This document shows, in pieces, positions 32,628 through 37,722 of a stretch of 37,722 nucleotides of DNA. Origin of the DNA: a virus; IMG/VR virus record IMGVR_UViG_3300045988_130501, positions 1-37,722 of that record; one strand, written 5' to 3'. The notes below the pieces were generated by a model. That model saw nothing but the letters and a program-made list of their open reading frames with translations. It was not told where the DNA came from and did not search any database. The first letter of the stretch is position 1. The number at the start of each line of letters is the position of its first letter. A program made the translations under genes and the position numbers.

Positions 32628-32723
32628 TTATACTTCTCTTACATATTTTTTGTTTTCTTGTAGTTCTTTAAGTTTATTTATTATTTCACTTAATGAACCT
32701 TTAAGAATCAATCTTGTTTTCAT
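32628..32723 (-). CDS. Leader micro-ORF (31 aa) ending inside a 9-bp hairpin
   Basis: GAGGGAG SD; MKTRLILKGSLSEIINKLKELQENKKYVREV. Its last codons form the AAGAGAAGU/ACUUCUCUU stem (32618-32640). Confidence 0.35.
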   Translation of the reverse strand: MKTRLILKGSLSEIINKLKELQENKKYVREV

Positions 32724-32747
32724 ATCTCTCCCTCACTTTCTATATTA

Positions 32748-32776
32748 ATTATAGCATAAGTTAGTTAGTTAGTCAA
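32748..32776 (-). promoter_or_regulatory. Consensus sigma-A promoter of the accessory operon
   Basis: In the minus sense: TTGACT, 17 nt, TATAAT. Confidence 0.65.
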
Positions 32777-32786
32777 TAGTTTTTGA

Positions 32787-32813
32787 TAAAAAAAGAAAGA
32801 TTTTACTCTTTCT
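32787..32813 (-). terminator. Rho-independent terminator ending the packaging/portal transcription unit
   Basis: In the minus sense: AGAAAGA, 6-nt loop, TCTTTCT, followed by a T-run. It overlaps the last codons of the 66-aa ORF. Confidence 0.55.
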
Positions 32814-33003
32814 CACATAATTTTTTTTCAAGTTCTTTAAAATTGTATTCTTTTGGCTCTTTTAAACTTGAAACATAAACTCCTGTTCCTATTACAACAA
32901 GTACATTTTTCTTTTTAGAACTATTATATTTTATTTCTAAGTTCGCTATTTCATAATCATTTGCCTTTTTTAAATAGTAAACATTATTCGACTGGTATAT
33001 CAT
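32803..33003 (-). CDS. Hypothetical protein (66 aa from ATG 33003)
   Basis: GAGG SD before ATG 33003; overlaps the end of the 567-aa gene by 20 nt. Confidence 0.45.
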   Translation of the reverse strand: MIYQSNNVYYLKKANDYEIANLEIKYNSSKKKNVLVVIGTGVYVSSLKEPKEYNFKELEKKLCEKE

Positions 33004-34687
33004 TATTAACCTCGCTTTCACTTGCTTTTGCTGTTTCCAATGCTGTTAATCTGTTATTTATGTCTATAAGTTCCTGTTTTAATGCCTTTTCATTTATTTG
33101 TAAGTTTTGAACCGTTTTAGTAAAGTTTCTATAATATTTTGCATTAATTTGTGGTAGTAAATCACTATCAGTAAATATGTTTGTAATCTCATCATAAGAT
33201 AAAGGCATATCTACTATTCCTAAATCGACTTCGTATGGTTTTTCTAACGCATAATATACTTCTACAGGATGTGTTGATAGCCAATTGGTTAGCCCATTGC
33301 TTGAAACTTCTTCAAGTCTTGATTGTAAAATCTTTATTTGCAATAGATTGTTATTCGAACCACCAGTAGAAATATTTTCTGAATTACTTGTCCAACCATT
33401 AGGCTTATAAATAAATTTATCAGAAACCATTGTTGAACTTGACTTGATAGCAGTTCCTATATTAAATTGTGCAACAAATTTATCATCATTAATCACTCTT
33501 GAATAGCTAATTGGTTGAGTTCCATTTAAAACAGTCTTACTAATAATCTTGTTTAGTATTAAATGATGTTTTCCGTCCTCTTTATAAACTACCTTTAATG
33601 TATCTTTATAAGTGCCATCTATTTTGGCTACAAATTCTCCTTCTGGAAGGTTGGCAGTTATGACACTTTCAAGATAATTTTCTTCTGTTTCATCTTTTCC
33701 ATTATTACTAGTCACACTCAAACTATCCGTTATTGTTTTAATTTCTTGTGGATAATCAGGTGAAGGTGTTGCTTGTTGTTTGCAAACACCCTCAATACTT
33801 AATTCTTGTAATTCTGCCCAAGCACTATCTTGAACATTGATAAAACTGTCGCTTGCTGTTCCTGTTTCAAGAATATCATTTTTAACTCGTTCTAATTCGT
33901 TTCTTGTTTTTTTAGCCCTGCTGTCTACTTCATCTAGTTGTTCTTTTGTAACTTCGCCATTCGTAACATCAAAAGTTGTTTGAGTTCCGTCAGTATAATG
34001 AATAGCATAAGTATCTACGTTTTCTACTGTTGATACTTTTTCGATGTTTTTGATTCCGTTTCCTGTATCACCTTTTAATTCAACAAATTGATAAGCCGTT
34101 TCTTTAGAATTTTTAACACCTAGTTTAGTGCCATCCCATTTGTAATTAAAATCAGCACCGTCAAAGTCGCCATTGTCAACTTGTGCTTTTAAGTTGCTTA
34201 TGTATTCTTCCCTTGCATTTTCATTTTGTTGTCTAGTGGTTTCTTGATTTTGTCTGATTTCTTCATCTTTAGTAACTTGTTCATTTAATTCAGTTACTTT
34301 TTGAATTAATTCATCTAAAATTACAACTTTAGGCTCGTCTGGCTGGATATCATCATCACAAATAATAGCATTTTCAATATAAATTTTCAAAATTGATGTT
34401 CTAGCCACAATTTCATCTTCATTTTCAATTTTAAAAAAAGCAATAGACATTTCTAATTCATTATATTGTGTCATATCTCTTGTTAAAGTCAATGTGTTAT
34501 CTGTTATGTTGTCAAAGCTTTTTGCAAAAGTCTTGTCATTAGCTTTAAAACAAGCTTTTCTACCAAAGTCTTTGTATTCTTCAGGTATTTCAAATTGTAA
34601 TTTTTCAATTTTATTTTCTTCTAAGTATCCAACAACCAAACATGATACATTTAATTTCCTGCCATCTTCAATTTTAATTATCTTCAT
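32984..34687 (-). CDS. BppU-N-like / coiled-coil fibre or receptor-binding-type structural protein (567 aa)
   Basis: The N-terminal ~110 aa resemble the Ig-like BppU_N/tail-fibre N-domain pattern (..SILKIYIENAI). They are followed by a Gln/Glu-rich coiled coil, a globular region and a C-terminal coiled coil. GGAGG SD; overlaps the portal stop by 14 nt. Confidence 0.4.
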   Translation of the reverse strand: MKIIKIEDGRKLNVSCLVVGYLEENKIEKLQFEIPEEYKDFGRKACFKANDKTFAKSFDNITDNTLTLTRDMTQYNELEMSIAFFKIENEDEIVARTSILKIYIENAIICDDDIQPDEPKVVILDELIQKVTELNEQVTKDEEIRQNQETTRQQNENAREEYISNLKAQVDNGDFDGADFNYKWDGTKLGVKNSKETAYQFVELKGDTGNGIKNIEKVSTVENVDTYAIHYTDGTQTTFDVTNGEVTKEQLDEVDSRAKKTRNELERVKNDILETGTASDSFINVQDSAWAELQELSIEGVCKQQATPSPDYPQEIKTITDSLSVTSNNGKDETEENYLESVITANLPEGEFVAKIDGTYKDTLKVVYKEDGKHHLILNKIISKTVLNGTQPISYSRVINDDKFVAQFNIGTAIKSSSTMVSDKFIYKPNGWTSNSENISTGGSNNNLLQIKILQSRLEEVSSNGLTNWLSTHPVEVYYALEKPYEVDLGIVDMPLSYDEITNIFTDSDLLPQINAKYYRNFTKTVQNLQINEKALKQELIDINNRLTALETAKASESEVNNDIPVE

Positions 34688-36137
34688 TTCCTACCTCCAA
34701 TTTTGAACTTGTTAAACTATCTTCTTCATTGATTAAAGCAAGTTCTTTTTTTGCATCTTCTTCACTCATTCCATAGAATTTCATTAAGTAACCTACTTTG
34801 CTTCTTAGACCCATAGACATTTCGTTTCTATATTCTTCTTTTTGGTCTTCTTCGCTATTTAAGAAACCGTCTTTGTCAACTAAATTAATTGTATCGTTTT
34901 CATCTACATTTTCATTAAAGAATAATCTTCCAATCATTAAAATACTTCTAACAATTCCAACGGTATATTTATTTAAAGCCGAACGGTGTTTTTTAGCATT
35001 TCCAACAAGGTCTTTATTATCTAATATAGCTTGTGTTGCTGTAACAACTCCACCCTGCTCAAACTTATAATAAGCCTTCCCTAGCCCACTTTTGAAAGCA
35101 AGTATATTAAGTGCTAAGTTTATCCCGTTTTCATTCTCAGTTTCCCTTAAATCAGGGTTATATTCGTGTACTAGTGTTTCAGCATTGACATCAACTTCGT
35201 CTCCAACTATTTGGAATTGTTGCTTAGTAATATCATCTGGATATATTGGAACTTCTTGAACTACAACTTCGCCTGTTTCTTCATCTGTATATGTTTGCGT
35301 ATAATATTTCGTTAATTTCTTATTGTAAAATACTTTCTTACCACCTAAATAAAAGTCTTTCATAAAGTTGTTATAGACAATATCTACACCTTGCAATTGG
35401 TCTATTGCGTTTGCATAAACACTAATACCAAGCCCATTGTTTTCTTTAATGTTATTTACTATTCTAGGCATTAATAAATTGAATAAAGGAACACTTGAAC
35501 CTGTTTCATATTCTTCAACAATACCCTCGTTTTTAACCTCGTTGCCTTGTTCATCAATGTATTTATTGTGTATATGGTATCCATCTCTTTTTAATTCGTG
35601 AATTTCAATGTAAAAAGCATTTTTGTTATTAATAATACTTTTTGAAACAAAAGCAACATCAGTTATTACACCATCAATTATTTTCAAAGGTATTATTTGA
35701 CTAGCATTTACACTAACTAAATTCAAAGTAGTATTTTCATCAGCAATTATTTTTTTATTAACTATTTTAGCATTTTTAATTCTTACAATAGTTCCACAAG
35801 TACCACTCCAAAAAGCGGTTTCAATATTATCCGGTATTTTATCATTAAATTCTAGTTTTTCAAGCCACTTGTCAATAAAAACTTGATTTTGTTTGTTTTT
35901 ACAAACTATCCCATCTCTTTCAGTATAAAGAATACTGCTCCAGTCCTCACATAGCCTTTTAGCCATGCCAAGTTTAAACAATTCTCTTTTATCACCATTT
36001 TGGTCATGGTATTCATGAAATTTTTTTACATAATTTTCATACCATTCTTTCCATAATTCAACATAACCATAATAGCTTGTACTAGGATTGTAACCTAGCG
36101 TTCCTAAATATTTAATTACAACATTATTACTATCCAT
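34674..36137 (-). CDS. Portal protein (A118-type)
   Basis: 487 aa immediately after terL; AGGAGG SD. N-terminal region VELWKEWYENYVKKFHEYHD... Confidence 0.8.
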   Translation of the reverse strand: MDSNNVVIKYLGTLGYNPSTSYYGYVELWKEWYENYVKKFHEYHDQNGDKRELFKLGMAKRLCEDWSSILYTERDGIVCKNKQNQVFIDKWLEKLEFNDKIPDNIETAFWSGTCGTIVRIKNAKIVNKKIIADENTTLNLVSVNASQIIPLKIIDGVITDVAFVSKSIINNKNAFYIEIHELKRDGYHIHNKYIDEQGNEVKNEGIVEEYETGSSVPLFNLLMPRIVNNIKENNGLGISVYANAIDQLQGVDIVYNNFMKDFYLGGKKVFYNKKLTKYYTQTYTDEETGEVVVQEVPIYPDDITKQQFQIVGDEVDVNAETLVHEYNPDLRETENENGINLALNILAFKSGLGKAYYKFEQGGVVTATQAILDNKDLVGNAKKHRSALNKYTVGIVRSILMIGRLFFNENVDENDTINLVDKDGFLNSEEDQKEEYRNEMSMGLRSKVGYLMKFYGMSEEDAKKELALINEEDSLTSSKLEVGNEDN

Positions 36138-36138
36138 T

Positions 36139-37455
36139 TTATCCTCCTAAATTTGTTTTTAATAATATTTTATACCAATTTTCAACACTGTAATTGTAAG
36201 CGTCCAAAGTATCTACATCAAAAGTCCCGTCATCAACGTATCGGTCATCATCAGCATTTGGGTCTTGTACTGCCTCTTGTAATGAAGTAACAATCCCCTC
36301 TGTGTTATTTTCAACAAACTTAATCTTACTTAACATCATAAGCATATTTATAGCATAAATACGACTTGAAATAGGTGTCTTAATACTGTCTTTAATTGGT
36401 ATGTGTAAATGTAACTCGTCAAGTGCCTCTTGTAAAGCACTTATAAGTATCTGCTCGGCACAATCAGCCCATATATAGTCTATGTGTCCATACTTCTCAA
36501 TAATAAACAAAATATGCTCTTTAAATGCCTTTTTAAGTTGTTTCAATTTTTTGTGAATATCATCTATAATTTCAGTCCTATCGCTTCGCAAAACTGTTAT
36601 TCCTGTATAACTTCGTGGAATAGAGCTTGTTACAAATGAGTGAGCCGAGCCATTTCCACCAAAGTCAACTCCAGTAGAAATAATACCGCCACTACAACTA
36701 GGCACTAAAAAGTCTTTTTCTCGTTCTATTATTGGTGTGAATAAGAAACTCTCGTTTGCTACTCTTTTACCTAGAATATCTCGTTTGTACCAAATAGACG
36801 TCTTGTCATAAGTGCTTAACCTTTGTTTTAACTTTTCATCACTAATAGATAAATTATCAAATATATTAAACTCTTCATAATTAAAGCCATAATTAGGGTT
36901 TTCTCTCTGCTGTTCTTCGTGAAAAGCCAAGTATTCAGTATAATACCAATGCTTAGGACTTTTAGGGTTTAAATCGTGAAATATCTTTCTATCATCACTT
37001 GATAAAGTTCTATCTTCAACTTCTTTTAAAAATGATGGGTCACACTCGTTTGCTTCGGTAACATAAGCCATTCCGTAAGTATTACCTTTGATAGTCTTGT
37101 AAGAGTTAGCCTTGCCACCACCTGCAACTAATAAAATTTTTTCTTTTCCATCAGCGGTATTTATATAAATAGCGTCTCTGTTCTTATATTTTCCCTCTCG
37201 ACATCGTCCAGCAAAATAATTAAGTATCCCATATCCATCACAATCAATTATATTAAGCCTTGCCGACGTGCTATCATATCCAGCAATCAAAAATAATTTG
37301 TTTGGGTGGTTTTCTAGTGCTATGCAAAAGGCTAGCCCATTTGTAACGTTCTTGCCACCACGTTTGCCACCATGAGCAACATTAAACCAACTTGTTTGGC
37401 ATTTTCTAATATAATCAGCCTGTTTTTCACAAAGAGGTGCTAATTCATTGAACAT
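36139..37455 (-). CDS. terL: Terminase large subunit (PBSX-type)
   Basis: WFNVAHGGKRGGKNV (P-loop-like) ... AYVTEANEC ... C-terminal nuclease region. ATG 37455 has a GGAG SD; the track start 37464 is GTG. Confidence 0.85.
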   Translation of the reverse strand: MFNELAPLCEKQADYIRKCQTSWFNVAHGGKRGGKNVTNGLAFCIALENHPNKLFLIAGYDSTSARLNIIDCDGYGILNYFAGRCREGKYKNRDAIYINTADGKEKILLVAGGGKANSYKTIKGNTYGMAYVTEANECDPSFLKEVEDRTLSSDDRKIFHDLNPKSPKHWYYTEYLAFHEEQQRENPNYGFNYEEFNIFDNLSISDEKLKQRLSTYDKTSIWYKRDILGKRVANESFLFTPIIEREKDFLVPSCSGGIISTGVDFGGNGSAHSFVTSSIPRSYTGITVLRSDRTEIIDDIHKKLKQLKKAFKEHILFIIEKYGHIDYIWADCAEQILISALQEALDELHLHIPIKDSIKTPISSRIYAINMLMMLSKIKFVENNTEGIVTSLQEAVQDPNADDDRYVDDGTFDVDTLDAYNYSVENWYKILLKTNLGG

Positions 37456-37722
37456 TATCTTCACTCCTGTTTGGTTTAGGGTTGTTTAATAAATCAGCTA
37501 TGTTAGATACGTTTTTGTTTATTTTTTGTAAATCATCAGCAGTTTTAACAACTTCAACCTTTTCTCTCCATTGTTCTTTTCTCCTGTTCTTTAACCAGAA
37601 TATCATTGCTGCTGTATCTCCTGGAACGTGAACATCTTTTTTTAAAGTGTGAACATCTCCATATTTGTCAAGTTTTTCTTCTTCAATTGTTATTGTGTAC
37701 CCTAATGCTCTTTTTAGCAAGG
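37445..37722 (-). CDS. terS: Terminase small subunit, C-terminal part (continues from bases 297..1 across the circular junction)
   Basis: ALLKRALGYTITIEEEKLDKYGDVHTLKKDVHVPGDTAAMIFWLKNRRKEQWREK, in frame with the 5' part. Confidence 0.85.
   Translation of the reverse strand, partial: LLKRALGYTITIEEEKLDKYGDVHTLKKDVHVPGDTAAMIFWLKNRRKEQWREKVEVVKTADDLQKINKNVSNIADLLNNPKPNRSEDNVQ
37634..37722. repeat. Second copy of the 89-bp terminal overlap
   Basis: Identical to 1-89. Confidence 0.95.

Overview
This window is a complete, circularly closed phage genome. Its unique length is 37,633 bp, and bases 1-89 are identical to 37634-37722. It looks like an AT-rich siphovirus of a low-GC Gram-positive, Clostridia-like host. 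Every credible gene is on the minus strand; the plus-strand ORFs in the track are shadow ORFs.

In transcription order (descending coordinates, wrapping through the window edge) the genome reads as follows:
- Early region: a consensus sigma-A promoter at about 10581, small ORFs and an XRE HTH protein.
- Recombination module: an RHH protein, a PD-(D/E)XK nuclease fused to a Sak4-like ATPase, and a DUF669 SSB-like protein.
- Replication module: an AbrB-like protein, a DUF1376 protein whose gene carries 11-bp-phased iterons, and a DnaB-type helicase.
- Small-gene block: a YopX gene with an in-frame TGA, an HExxH peptidase, an MTase-like protein and an ERCC4 nuclease, ending in a strong terminator.
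- Packaging: an HNH-like protein, terS (split by the window edge), terL and an A118-type portal.
- An atypical ~5.8-kb insertion between the portal and the minor capsid protein. It holds a BppU-like fibre protein and then an accessory operon with its own promoter, an RHH regulator, about 12 small proteins and 4 tandem micro-TM peptides.
- Minor capsid protein 2.
- An ORF-free ~1 kb region holding a promoter-to-terminator unit of ~585 nt (candidate large structured ncRNA with a tRNA-like 3' end) plus a second iteron array.
- Scaffold, major capsid, head-tail and tail genes.
- A tape-measure gene split by an 847-nt group I intron that carries an HNH homing endonuclease.
- Baseplate/fibre genes, holin, a GH25-LysM endolysin and membrane proteins.
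- A terminator-bounded cassette of Gln/Met/Cys-rich proteins and a BclA-C-like protein, followed by tRNA-Cys(GCA).

I saw no integrase, CI-type repressor, transposase or CRISPR array. Functional calls rest on motifs read from the translations and on gene order; no database search was possible.
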